Positions 49,670-61,911 of a stretch of 64,000 bases of DNA are shown piece by piece. The DNA comes from Moniliella sp. 'wahieum' (taxonomy: Eukaryota). Below the pieces are notes generated by a model, which worked only from the letters and a program-made list of their open reading frames with translations, was not told where the DNA came from and did not search any database. Numbering within the stretch: the stretch's first letter is position 1; the number at the start of each line of letters is the position of its first letter. The DNA lies in contig RSEE01000129.1 in the NCBI GenBank assembly GCA_003971905.1, positions 1 through 64,000 of the forward strand, given 5' to 3'. The position numbers and the translations under genes were made by a program.

Positions 49670-52019
49670 TTACTGCGTTGGCGCCCGAGTCTGGCTTTGC
49701 AGCAGAGCCAGGAGTTTTTGTGTCCGAGGACGAAGAGGTGGGCGTGCCACTGGGCGGACGAGGGTTTCGGACGAAACTGCTGTGGCCGGTTGGGGCGGAG
49801 TAGAAGACGCTTGCGCCTCGGGAACAGCCGACGGAGCAGAGGCAGAGGCAGAGGCAAGGTAGGCACCGCAAGGGTAGACCCCCCAGTCGGGTTCTGCAGA
49901 AGACTGAGTAACTTTTGTGTCGTGTCCGACGATGGCGGGGTCAGCTCGGTACTGGGCGTGACGGGAGTGCTCGACAACTCTCCTGTGGCCGCTTGGGGAG
50001 GTACAGAAGCCGCTTCCACCGCGGCAGCAGCCGGCGGACCAGAGTCCGAAGTAGGCTCTGCAACCGTGGGAGGCGAGTGCTGAATGGGGGCTGGGGCGGG
50101 CATAGGCTCGGGTGCAGTTGCAGAAGATTCAGACGCCACAGGGATAGCGGGCTCAGGTTTAGTATCAACAGTAGAAGAAGCGGCCAAACCTGAGGCAGCA
50201 GTCGAGGCCGGGGCAGGCTCCGCATCAGGAACCGTCACTGAAGCATGATTCTCAGCTGGTGCAGAAGCAGAAGCAGGGACTGGAGCTGGAGCCGCAGCCG
50301 GAGCCGCAGCCGGAGCTGTTTCAGGCGTAGGAGCTGCAACCGGAGCCGGGGCAGGAGCTGGAGCTGGAGCTGGAGCTGCAGCCGGAGCCGGGGCCTCAGC
50401 AGGGGCCGGAGCCGGGGCAGGTGCAGGAGGGGCCTCAGCCGGCGCTGGCACCGGAGCCGGGGAAGCCGACGGGGCAGCAGTGAGCGTCGTAGCCGGGGGA
50501 GGGGCTGGTGCAGCTCCGCTGAGGCCTGGCGCGTTCTTAAGACTAGACAGGGAAGCTAGCAAGGCTTGCACCTTTTGGGTCTGGTTGGGGTTGACCACCG
50601 GAGCAGCCGGGGCGGCGGGGGCAACAGGGGTGCTGGATGCACCAGGCGCGGCGGGGCTGCCCGAGACAGAAGGTGCCTGAGTCTGGGCCGGAAGGCCGGG
50701 CGGGGGGGTCATCACGCTTCGTGGGCCCCACTGGGAGGCGGCTGGTCGTACCGCGCCGGGCTGCGTGGGGACGGGGCGTAGGGTGGACTAAGCGTGGGCG
50801 GGGCGTAGGGGCTTGGGCGGCCCCAGGAACGACCGGTGGAGGGTCCGGATACACCGCGCTCAGCGGGCGCAGGCGCGGGCGGAAGTCCTTGATGGCCGTG
50901 AGGGTGGCCTGTTCTTCGTCCCGCGCAGGCACGTCCCACACCAAAGTCACGTCCCACGTCCCATTGGGAGGAACGGGCTTCTTGTGAAGGTTGTCAAAGC
51001 CATGACAGCCACGCGCGCATCAAAGTAGTCCACAATGAACGTTCCCGGGCGCTCGGGACGGATGGACTTGATCTCGCCGATCTTGTCAAAGGTAGTTTGT
51101 ACCAGATCCTGCGACAGGTCATGGGCAATCACCCCATTGTGCAGCAGGGAGACGCGGATCGTGCCCTGGTTGCTAGTCCGGGTGCAGGGTTGGCGGTAGT
51201 CCTCCGGGCGGGGGAGGTTGTAGTGGATGTCGATCCCGCGGCGGCCATTACCAAAGACGTAGCCATGCAGGTTGTGCTTGGCCTCCATCGCGGCGCGCAG
51301 ATCGAAAAAGGTAATGAAACTAATGCCGCGCTTGGCAATCAGATCAAAGAGGGTCTTGACCTCGCCATATTGGCCAAACACACTGCGAATCTCTTCGACG
51401 GGCGTTTCAAAGTCAAAGTTGCGCACAAACAGCGTCCGATTCGGACGCTCCTTGCCCTCGGCCCGCACAGGCACCTTGCCGGGGATCTCACGGCGGCGCG
51501 GACCACGGTCGAACCCATCACGACCACGGTCATGGAACGAATCACGACCGTACGGTTCGCGTCCATGCATTGGTTCACGCGCAGGGGGTTCGCGGCCATA
51601 GGGATCACGGCCATAGTCACGTCCCCAGGCGGGAGGGCCGGGGGCGGGGGCGCGGCGCCGTAGCCATAGGCGCCGGGGGGAGGCCATAGCCGTAGGGGTC
51701 GGCGGGCGGGGCGTAGCCGGAGGGCGGGGCGCCATACGCCGGCGGCGGCTGGCCGTAGGCGGGGGGCGGATAGGCCGGCGCGTAGCTGGACGGGGGGGAG
51801 GCGTAGGCGGGGCAGCCGGGGCAGGCGGGGGGTAGGACGGGTAGTAGCCGGCCGAAGGCACGCGGGGGGCGGCGCCATAGGGGCGGGGCGGCGCATAGGA
51901 CGCCGGGGGGGCACTGTCACCAAAGTCGCCGTCGTAGGCGCCGCGCTGGCCGGGGCGCGCCGCGCCGCGGGTGCGGGCGGGCGGGCCGTCGTAGCTGGCA
52001 TATGGGTGGGGCGGCTCAT
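49670..52019 (-). CDS. RNA-binding protein with Mei2-like tandem RRMs and Pro/Ala-rich tail
   Basis: RPNRTLFVRNFDFE..FGQYGEVKTLFDLIAKRGISFITFFDLRAA..IDIHYNLPR..NQGTI..GEIKSIR..IVDYFDAR, with a Pro/Tyr-rich N-terminus. Confidence 0.85.
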
Positions 52020-52590
52020 GGGGGGGTCTGGTCTGGTCTGGTCTGGTCTGTCCGGGGCTGTCGTGGCAGGAGGGCGCGGAGTTAGTGCAGGCCGTGGCTT
52101 TCGGGCAAGGGCCGACGCTGTCGTGCTCGCGGGTCGGGGCTGGCGCGCGGCGGGAGGCGGCGCTGGGGATGGCCCACGCGGTACTCACGGAGAAGGCAGG
52201 AGACAGGGGACGCGGGCTCTCGGGGCTCAGCTCTCGAACGCTCGTCTGTTCTTTCCGGGGCTGGCAGAGAGCTGTGGCAGGCAGGCACAGCAGGCACAGC
52301 AACCAATCCGTGCAGGTCGCCGCCAAGCAGAACGCCGGCGGGGTTAGAAGCGGTGGTGGCAGCACACAAGCGAGCAGCCGCAGCTGCCTCGCCAGTGCGC
52401 CCCTCCGACGCGCGTTCCGCCCGCCACGGCGCCACTCTCCCGGCGGCCGGTGCCCGTCGGTGCAACGCTGCTCTGTTCCGCCTCGCAGCAATTTTTCTAT
52501 TCCGTCTCGCCCTCTCAGCCCGCGGTGGCCGTCGCCCTGACCCACCCAGGCGAGCCCACACCCCCCACCAACCGCCGCCACCGCGACAGC

Positions 52591-54279
52591 ATGACCTCCA
52601 TCGTCGACAGTGGCCTGCACAAGGGCCGCCTCAACGCCACCGCTGCCGCCGCTCCCCAGGCGGCCATGCCCGCCTCCATCCCCGTGAGCGAGAACGGCAC
52701 GCCACTCTTCACCTGCATGTCGTGCGCCGTCGCCTTCACCGGCGCCGTCGAGCAGCGCGACCACTACCGCAGCGAGCTCCACCGGTACAACATGAAGCGT
52801 CGTGTGGCCAACCTCCCCCCGTCAAGGCGGATGTGTTCAACGCCAAGATCCAAGAGCACGCTGCCGCGGCCCAGGCCGAGTACGACACGGCCGACCAGGC
52901 TGTGGGCAAGTGTGTCCCGTGCGGGTACGTTGCTCTTCTTGCTGGCTGGGGCTGCACCTGCTCATACTGACTTACATGTTTCCCCCAGAAAATCGTTCGC
53001 GTCGGAGAATGCATACCGCGATCACTTGGCGTCCAAGAAGCACAACCAGACGGTGGCCAAGAAGGCCAAGAAGGCGCCTTTGCCACCGAGCACGTCGACG
53101 GACCCTCCGCTTGTGTTCCGTGTGGCTCCCTCCATGGCGCAGGTGGCAGAGGAAAAGGACGAAGAAGACGAGGACATGGTTTCCCAGCCCAAAGCACCTC
53201 TTCCTCAGCCGACCGCACCGGTGCACAAGAACATTCAGGAAGCCTTTCTCTTTGTTCCGGAGGATGCGAGCGAGGAGGAAGTGCAGAAAGCGCTCAAGGA
53301 GCGCCTGGCCACTGCTGAGCGCTTGGACGCGACCAAGGCGTGCATGTTCTGCAAGGAGGACTTTTCCCACGCTCATACGGATCCCGAGGCTACCTTGGCC
53401 GCGCTTCTTGCCCATCTGAGCAAGGCTCACAGTTTCTTCATCCCCGAGCAGAGCTACTTGGTGGATAAGAAGGGTCTTCTTCAATACCTCGCAGACAAGA
53501 TCTATGTTGCGCACCTGTGCATTTGGTGTAACGCGCGCAGCAAGGTCTTTGGCTCGACCGAAGCCGTACAGGGACACATGGAGAACAAGGGGCACTGCCG
53601 GATTGCGTACACGACCGAGTCGGACCAGATGGAACTGTCGGACTTTTATGACTTCTCCACCTCGTATCCGGATGCGGAGCTGTACGAGCGCAAAAAGGCG
53701 GAGCGGGCGGCCAAGAGGGCAGCCAAGAGCCGCAAGGGTCTGACAAGCGGAGAGAAAGGCGAGTGGCAGGCCGAAGGTACGGAACAAGGGGACGAGGACG
53801 AGTGGGAAGACGAAGATGTGGAGATGGAAGAGACCGACTCGGACTCGGACTCGGACTTGTCAGATGACTCGGGTGACTCGGACCTGAGCGAGCAGGAGGG
53901 CGGGGTGCGCCTTGGCGACACGGAGTACGAGCTGGTGCTTCCTTCGGGCACGCGGATTGGGCACCGAACAATGAGGCGGTACTACAACCAGCGGCAGACG
54001 GGAGAGAACCGGGACCAAGGATCTGGGTTGGCGCGGAGGCTGTTGCCTGCTCCGCGTGGACGGAACCAGGCCCCGCTCCCGGACGATGGCGCGGGAGGCA
54101 AGTTGACAATCACCAATCGCGGGGGCAACCACATGCTGGTGCGCAACCGCGGCGAGGCGCGCGAAGCCAAGAAGCTCGAGACGACGTTTGCCGACAATCG
54201 TCGTTCCCAGCGCTTCAACCTCTCGGTTGGAATTGCCAACAACCAGCAGAAGCACTTCCGTGCCCAGTACCTCCAGTGA
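52591..54279 (+). CDS. REI1: Cytoplasmic pre-60S maturation zinc-finger factor (Rei1/Reh1/ZNF622 family)
   Basis: FTCMSCAVAF..QRDHYRSELHRYNMKRRVANLPP, KSFASENAYRDHLASKKH, HSFFIPEQSYLVD..GLLQYL, HMENKGHC, ELVLPSGTRIGHR..RYYNQ. Intron ~52925-52988. Confidence 0.93.
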   Translation: MTSIVDSGLHKGRLNATAAAAPQAAMPASIPVSENGTPLFTCMSCAVAFTGAVEQRDHYRSELHRYNMKRRVANLPPSRRMCSTPRSKSTLPRPRPSTTRPTRLWASVSRAGTLLFLLAGAAPAHTDLHVSPRKSFASENAYRDHLASKKHNQTVAKKAKKAPLPPSTSTDPPLVFRVAPSMAQVAEEKDEEDEDMVSQPKAPLPQPTAPVHKNIQEAFLFVPEDASEEEVQKALKERLATAERLDATKACMFCKEDFSHAHTDPEATLAALLAHLSKAHSFFIPEQSYLVDKKGLLQYLADKIYVAHLCIWCNARSKVFGSTEAVQGHMENKGHCRIAYTTESDQMELSDFYDFSTSYPDAELYERKKAERAAKRAAKSRKGLTSGEKGEWQAEGTEQGDEDEWEDEDVEMEETDSDSDSDLSDDSGDSDLSEQEGGVRLGDTEYELVLPSGTRIGHRTMRRYYNQRQTGENRDQGSGLARRLLPAPRGRNQAPLPDDGAGGKLTITNRGGNHMLVRNRGEAREAKKLETTFADNRRSQRFNLSVGIANNQQKHFRAQYLQ

Positions 54280-55014
54280 TCTTTTGCTGATCGGTCCCGC
54301 TACCCTACATTTGATGCACCTGGTCCTTGTATTTCACACTGCCATTTGAATTTCACATGCCCCCTCCGATTCAGATCAGACTAGAGACTAGCTTACGGAG
54401 GTGTTGGCGGACGCTAATGCGGAGAGAGGGAGTGGCAGTCGGAGTGGTGTTAGCTGTATACACAAGAGGCTGGGCCGACCGTATCGGCCGTGGCACCGCC
54501 GCAAGCCTACGGAGCGCGGACACCAGCCATGTCAATCCGTCACGTGATGCCTCGTATCGCCGGGTTTCCAGCGCGCGTGCTTGTGGCTGCCAAGGTTGCC
54601 CCCCGTGGTCTATCCGGAAGCATGCTCTAGCCGTAGCCTCGCTTTGTCGACTCATCGATCATCCTCGTCTCCTTGTCATCATCATCATCATCACCATCAT
54701 CACCCCGATGCGAGCTGCCCCCCGCGGCGTCACGCGTCCTTCGACCTCGGCCACTTGCTCACCTGCACACCTGCACACCAACAAAAGCACGTCACCGGCG
54801 ACTTTTCCTTGGTGGCGATTTCGCATTAATTGCCCAAACAGGCCGAAAAGACGTACGTACGTAGCATGGGCGGGCTCTTGCTACTTTGCGCTTAGTGCTT
54901 ATGAAAGACAGCCCAGCACGTCCTCTCTCGGTTATAACCGTTCCATGGTCCACGAGCGTGTCCACCACCTCGGTCAGACTTCTACCTGCCCGCCACGCCT
55001 CCGACCGGCTTAAG

Positions 55015-56286
55015 ATGGTGTCGTCGGACTTTACGCCGTTGCACTCGCTCGTGGGGGGGCTGATGTTAACGTGCGGGGTGTCGGGCATGCTGGGCATGTT
55101 GGGGCAGGTGCTGGGCATTAGCGGCATGTACCACCGCACTGTTGACCTGCTCGTTCGTCCCCCCCTTGCCGTTGGCGGAGCCAAAGGCTCGCAGGGGCAA
55201 AGCGTAGTGCAAGCGCGCTCGACGGCCGTGTGGTTCACCGCGGGTCTGGCGCTGGGCGGAACGGTGCTGGGCACGTTCCGGCCCGCCCTCGAGGCCGGAC
55301 TGGGGACACGGCTGTTTGACCCGGACCAGGTGGTCCCGCGCGGGTCGCTGGGCTGGCTGGCGCTGTGCGGCGCGCTGGTCGGGTTCGGGACCCGCTGGGG
55401 CGCCGGGTGCACTTCGGGCCACTTTCTCTGTGGTCTGAGTCGGTTCAGTCGCCGTTCCATCGTTGCTACCGCCACGTTCTTCTCGGTCGCTGTGGGCACC
55501 CACCTGCTCACCTCGGACGCTGCCGTTTCTGCCAGCGCGGGCACGGCGGGTGGCACGACCCATGCGCCCACATGGACCGTACTGGCCTTACTTCAACTTC
55601 CCCTCCTCGTCTCCCTTGGTCTGCCTTTCCTTTTTGCCCATGGCCCGCCCTCACCCACAACGCTCAAGAAGCAATGCCTCCTGGCCGATCTGGCGTCCTT
55701 GGCCATCGGTACGTCTTTCCCTCTCCCCCCATGCCCCGTGCCTTCTCTCCCGAAAAGAAGCGGCCCGCGTTGTGAGGACAACGGCTGACTGGCATTGTCA
55801 GGTGTGCATTTCGCCTTTGGTCTGGCGGTGGCTGGGATGCTGCGGCCAAGTAAGGTGTTGGGGTTCCTTTCGCTTTCGCCGGCGCGCATGCAGGGGGAAG
55901 GATGGGACCCTTCTCTGGCCATGGTCGCCCTGGGCGGGATCCTTCCCAGTGCGGGCATCTACTTTGCATGGCTCGCGCCGCGGGTGCAGCGACAGCGCGC
56001 ACTAAGTACGCCGGGTACGGAGCAGGATGCAGCACGAGCCAAGCAGGCGCCTTGGTTGGACCTTGCTTGTCCCCTCTGGCGCCTGCCCACGTCGCAAACC
56101 CTTGACCTGCACCTCGTCCTGGGCTCGGCAGTGTTTGGCGTGGGATGGGGGCTGAGCGGACTGTGCCCGGGCCCGATGATCGTTTCCTTTGGCTCGGATC
56201 TCGCGCGCGGATCGGCGTCCTGGCTCGGAACTGGCGTGCTGTTGCTCTCCATGGCGGCCGGCGGCCAGCTGGCTGCGGCCGTGTAA
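55015..56286 (+). CDS. YeeE/YedE (TsuA-type) sulfur-compound transporter family membrane protein
   Basis: FTPLHSLVGGLML..GQVLGISG, GALVGFGTRWGAGCTSGHFLCG, FAFGLAVAGM.RPSKVLGFL, WDPSL, GSAVFGVGWGLSGLCPGP. Intron 55709-55801. Confidence 0.92.
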
Positions 56287-56302
56287 GAAGTAGCTTTGCA
56301 GG

Positions 56303-56380
56303 GGTGGGCGCGTGGGAGCGTGGGCGCGTGGGAGCGTGGGCGCGTGGGAGCGTGGGCGCGGAGCGCGGGGAGCGGAGCGT
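56303..56380 (+). repeat. G-rich minisatellite (GCGTGGG[A/C])n
   Basis: GTGGGCGCGTGGGAGCGTGGGCGCGTGGGAGCGTGGGCGCGTGGGAGCGTGGGC, just after the YeeE stop codon. Confidence 0.9.
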
Positions 56381-57294
56381 GGAAGTGGGTCTTGGATTCG
56401 TGGATTCTTGGCGCCCAACACCTATCCCAAAGCCGGCTCTACGGTGCACTTGAGCTTTCCCTCGTGCAAGATCGAGGCTCTTTCCTGCGTTGCTTGTTGC
56501 TTTTTCTGCTTGACCAAGTGGACAAGCTGCCGCTCTTCAACCTCCAAACTTCACTCCAGTCACTGAACCGCCCCAGTCCACCTCCGAGCGCGGGGTAGCT
56601 AGTACCTAGTACTTAGTACCTCGTCGAATGCTTCACCGACTGGCATCCCTGTCAGCATCACGAAACATCTGCCGCGTCGGGCGCGTCACTAGTCACTGTC
56701 GGGTGCCATCTCCCCACTTCCAATCGATCCTCGGAACCAGGGAAACACAGAAACACTTTCTGATCATCTCATCTCTCTTCCAATCCATTCCGTTGTCATC
56801 GACCTGAACAAGTGCTCGCATTAACCATTCAATAGTATGTCACGGGAACGCGGGGCCGTGCCAGAGCCAGACCACAATCTTGTGTAATACGTCGGCTGCC
56901 CTACACATGGATGTTGGCGACAGCGCGGTACGCCCACCAGGGCGGGCGCAACCGTGTCTGCCCTTTACCTCGTCAGAGGACGATCTCAGACCGCCGCAGA
57001 GGCAGGGGATCGAAGTCCCCCTGGCCCGAGCTAGACAGCGTATTGCCATATACCGTATTTGCATTCCAATCCTACCCAGCTACCCTGCCCGAGCCAGCCG
57101 GGGTGTGACCGGGGGCAGGCGGGCAGGCGCATGCGATCCTGAGAAACAAGGTGCTATCCAATGAGAACGGGGGCTGCGGTTCGCCGCACATGTGGACTCG
57201 ACATGAGAGGAGGAGGGCGGGAGGGGAGAGGAAGGGGGGAGGGGGGAGGTAGGGGCCCGAACTACCTTCTTGGCCGGGCACCGGCCACCACACT

Positions 57295-59350
57295 TTAAGC
57301 CGGGATGGTGGGCATGCTTTGTGCCTCGCGTTCTTCGAGCGGGACGGTGAGGCTGACTCCGAGCCCGGGTTGCCTGTGGCTGTACCCACCTCGCCGGGAG
57401 GGACTGGGCCTGGACGTGCTGCAAGACACTGCGCGGCGGGTTGCCGCACCGGTCCTTGCCGTAACTAATCTTGGTCGTTTGGTAGTCCGCATGGTTCTTC
57501 ATAGCACCAATCGCTTTGATCGCGTTTTGGATGTTGCAAAAGTTGACAAACGCCTGAACACAACCCAACACAACACAACACAACACGAGGTAAGGTAGTT
57601 AGTTAACCATAGATAGCATCGAGAGCGGGGCCAGAACAAGGCGCCACAAGGAACAAACAAGCACGTACGCAATTTTTCTCCCGCAAAAAGTTGACCTGCT
57701 CAATCTCGCCAAAGTCGCCAAAGTCGCGGCGGAGCTTCTCTTCGGTGTGGAGAGCAGGGTCGGTAATGTTGCCGACATAGACATTGCGCGAACCGCCAGC
57801 CTGGACGGCCATCGCAATGGCGGGGGACAAGGGCCCCGAATGCTTGCCCCACCCAATTTTCAACCGCCGATTGTGGATCATAACGCCCGAGTAGGACGCC
57901 ATGTGGAAAAAGGCGAGCGCAGCATGCGGATCGACAAAGGTGACAAACGCAATGTGCTTTTCGGGGATGTAGCGAATGGTCTGCAGCAAACCACCTCGAA
58001 CGTGGTTGCAAATTTCTTCAGTGGTCGTTTCGGAATGGATGTTGCCCAAGTAGACGGTGCGGTTGCCCAGTTGCGAAAGCGCGGCAGCCGCGGTCGCAGC
58101 GGCAGCGGTGGCGAGTGCGGCAGGCGTACCTTCCTCGCCCTCTCGCTTTTCCCCCAGGTCGGGCGTAATGTTGAGATAGGGACTTGAGAGGGTACCGAGC
58201 GAAGCCGAATAGCCCAGCGACGCGGCGGCTGCGTACCCCATCGCAGCGGCCTGATGGTTGTGGGCTTGGTTTTGCTGCTGGCTCTTGGGCACGTAGGCGC
58301 AACGATCTTTACCATAGTTGACACGTTTGTCGTGCCATGCGGGCTCAGCAGAGAGTAGCGACGACCTTGATGGCGGTTGCGATCGAAAGGAAGTGGACAA
58401 AAGCAATGTTGCGGTCCCGAACCACCTTGACCTGGTCAATCAATCCAAACCGGCCCAGCTCGTCCCGCAGCGCTTCCTCGGTCCAGCTTTCCTCGAGGTT
58501 GCCCAGATAGACATTGCGCGTCGCATTGTTCTGTTGCACCGCCGCAGCCACTTGCTGGGGCACGGGCGTGTTCTTGCCCCCGCCAATTTTGAGCTCCGAC
58601 GAATGGAGGGAAAGGTGCTTGACACATGCGTCGGCATGGAACGCCGCTGCAGTCGAAGGGTCAAGGAAGGAGATGAACGCGCACGCCTTCTCGGGCAAGA
58701 TGCGCACACTCTCGATCGGACCAAACTTGACCAGGTTCAGCAGCTCGTCCAGCGACGCATCGCCCGGAAGATCACCCACGTACACCGTCCGCCCTGGGCC
58801 GTGGTGGTGGCTTCCAGCAGGACCCGCAAGCAGCGGCGTGGCACCGCCCACGAGACCTGGCATGCCCATGCCCATCCCGTACGGCGGGCCAAGCGCCGGT
58901 GAACCGTAAAAGCCGTATCCTGAGGCAGGACTGAGAAACCCGGGGCCAAAGCCCGAGGGCGGGACCATGCCGTAGCCTGGAGAGGGTCAGCATGTATGCT
59001 AGATTTTTTCTTTTTCGTTGGGAACGGGAAGGGGAAAGGGACATACCATTGGGGTTGGGCGAAGCGTCGGGGTTGGGCGAAGGAGAAAGAGAACCGGCGG
59101 GAGAGACGGCGTACATGGTAGGCATGGGGGGAGGGTACATGCCGAGGCCGGGCTGGGGGGCACGAGGGATGCGGTCGTTGGGGGTGGGGGGATAAGCGTA
59201 TCCGTCGTCGGTGCCAGACTGGTCTGGGTGGTGCCCGAAGCAGGGAAGAAGATGGGGGTGCCGGGGGGAAGGGGGCTGACGGGGACGAAGGCGGCGTCGT
59301 GGGCGTCGTGCGGGACAGGAGGCCGGCGGCGTAGGCAGGCGCAGGCGCAT
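57295..59350 (-). CDS. MRN1: Four-RRM RNA-binding protein, Mrn1 (S. cerevisiae) / Nrd1-Msa2 (S. pombe) family
   Basis: RTVYVGDLP..FGPIESVRILPEKACAFISF, ATRNVYLGNL, VNYGKDRCA, NRTVYLGNIH..RGGLLQTIRYIPEKHIAFVTF, RRLKIGWGKHSGP, SRNVYVGN, ISYGKDRCGNPPR. Two introns. Ends approximate. Confidence 0.88.
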
Positions 59351-60130
59351 GGCAGAGGCAGGAGGGGGGCGGAGGGGGGGTGCGGGCCATGCTGGCTGTG
59401 CGGGGGGGGGGGGGGGGGGGGGGGGTGCTGCGGCGGGGCGCGGACAAGCGAAGAGGCAGCGGAGACGAAGGGAAACAAAAGGCGGGGCCAGGCGAGCCAG
59501 GCAGCGCAGACGAAGGGCAAGCGAGCGGGGGGGAGGGGGGAGGAGGCGGCGGCGACGACGGCGGTGGCCACGACGACGACGGCAGCGGGAGTGGCAGTGG
59601 CGGGGCAGGCGGTGGGACAGAGCAAGGGGCGGCTGGGCGACGCTCTTAATGCGCCGGCGGCCTGCGCCGAGCCGCAACTGCGGCCACCGGCGCGCGGGTG
59701 GTGGGGTCGAGCGCTGTTTGCTGCGCGCTGCCCTCGGCGTAGAGCGGGCACAAACGCACACTGGCCCCCTGCCGCCGCCCACATTGCCGGCGCGCGCGGC
59801 GGCCAGGATCAGCGCCGCCACACTGGCCCCCTGCTGCGCCCAGCGTGCTCCACACCCCGCCTGCTGCCACGCCCGGGCACCCCCCAGTGTTCCGTGTCAC
59901 CGCTCACCTGTGAGGCCACTGGGCCACTAGGCCACTGCGCCCCGCCTCGCTTTGCCCGCCATGGCCTGCGGCTGTCCCAGGCTGTCCCAGGCTGACCCCT
60001 GCCGCCCCTCGCCGCCAGCGCCCCATTGTTGGTCTGTCATTCTGGCCATGCCTGCGCTGCGCCCCACCACCATCTCCTCATTCCCCATTCCTCATGGCCC
60101 AAGCCAGCCCCATGCATTCACACCTTGCTT

Positions 60131-61911
60131 CTACCAGCAGAACAGAGCAGCCCCCACCATCGCCCTTGCCTTCAGGGCCAGGTAGTGGCCTGCGTCATCA
60201 TAATGGCTGCGCGCACACGCACAGCAGTGGCATAGGCAGGGGGCACAAGAAGCCATTGTTATATCCACACGTGGGGGGGGGGGAGGAGAAGCACCCCTCG
60301 CTGCCACGCCCTCCGCCCCTCGCACCATGCCCACCTGCCACACGACTCTCAACGCCTCACACACCTTGGGCAGCACAGGTGCGTCCGGCACGCTGCCCAG
60401 CGGCGACATGGCCTTGTCTGTGCTGGGCGTCTGCATCTCCGGACTGGCCTGGCGCGCAATCTCGTCCGACTCTCCCTTGCTCACCTTTTCATCGGCCGCC
60501 GGGGCGGCCGCACGGGCCGCGATCCGCTCGGCGCGCATGCGCTGGTGGGCTTTGCGCCGGCGCGACTCCCAGATCTTGTACTCTTTGCCCTTGTAGGAAA
60601 ACGAGCCCCAGGCGTCCCTCGGCCCACATGCGGTAGTTGAGGTAGGCCGCGATGACCGCCCAGAAGAGGGCGTACGAAATCGTCGCGCCGTAGCTCCACG
60701 AGTTGTTCTGGACAGTCTAGAGTTAGCATGGCATCCCTTTTGGCTCCTCCCAGCAAGGTATAGGTAGCCCACAACAGCCCGAACGAGGAAAGAACGTTTC
60801 TTCTTCACGTACCCAGCCAAACAGCGAATTCAGAATACTCCATCCCGTTCCGCCCCCCTTGTCCTCCGGGTTGCCCGTGTCGAAGTGGACAAAGACGTTC
60901 CACGGTGCATAGGAGCCAGGGCCCGAGCCCGACTCGGCCGCCGCATCGCCGACCAACTGGACATACTTGTAAAACTGAAGGTAGTACACCGCACGGGAAA
61001 ACATCCCAGCCGCAATGATCAGCAGCGCACACGTCGAGAACAAGAGGAACATCTTGACCCGCTGGCCCATGCGCCCCCGCGCCAAATCAGAATACCAATC
61101 CCAAACCCGATGAACAACCCGACAATCGCGGGAACGGAATGGAACTCGCCGGCAGTCCGAGCGAGACACCGCCAATGAACACCACGCCTTCCAGCCCCTC
61201 ACGAAGCGTGGTGATGAGCGGGATGGTAAACATGACCCATTCTGGCTTGCTGCGCATGGAGGCCAAGTTGGTGTCTTTCTTCTTGGGTGGAAGCAAGCCA
61301 AAGAACCGACGTTTGAGCTCCGTCTCGTGGCCTGGGAGGGGGAGCGCATCGCCATGCTGGACCGCTTTGGCAGCCCGCTTACGTTCTTGCTTCTCAATCG
61401 CCTCGCGATACGCATTTTTGAGCTTGACGCTCCATTTGGCCTTGGACCGGTCGGCACGGAGAATGGCCATGCTCATGGGCAAATGAGAATGACGGCAATC
61501 AGGTTGAAGACCCTCCCAGTTCTTCGGCTTTGCCATACAGGTCATTGACCTGCGTGTAAAACACGGCCAAAAACGCCGCGCCAATGCAGAACGCAATAAT
61601 CAGCCCAATAAATGCACCGAGAAATGGATTTGCGCAGCTGCTTGATGAGAACCTTGCGCTCCAACTCGACGTGCTCGTGGTCTCGGCGTGCCATCGAAAT
61701 CATCGGGGGGCCGCTTAATCTCGTCCGGGTCCGCCCCGTCATCTCGGCCTTGGCTAGGCAGTTTGATGTCATCCTTAACCAAGGACTCGACCGAGGCCAA
61801 GAGGATACCAATGACCAACGAAGCCTCCATCGCCTCGCGCCAGGCGATGAAGAGGATGGAAGGCGCAAAGACCTTGTTGCCAGTATTGCCAATGAGTGGC
61901 GCAGTAGACAT
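60131..61911 (-). CDS. FTR1: High-affinity iron permease
   Basis: VFAPSILFIAWREAMEASLVIGILL (first RExLE-like motif), PLITTLREGLEGVVFIGGV (second motif), LLIIAAGMFSRAVYYLQ, GWSILNSLFGW. C-terminus approximate. Confidence 0.93.

Noticed and set aside
52800..52830. Programmed frameshift or pseudogene in REI1
   Set aside because: It has the same homopolymer indel pattern as other genes in the window and is best explained as sequencing error.
55015..56286. Bacterial contamination or very recent horizontal transfer
   Set aside because: The gene has a canonical spliceosomal intron and sits among fungal genes of similar composition.
59402..59425. G24 homopolymer as a functional element
   Set aside because: It is a simple homopolymer of unreliable length with no supporting context.
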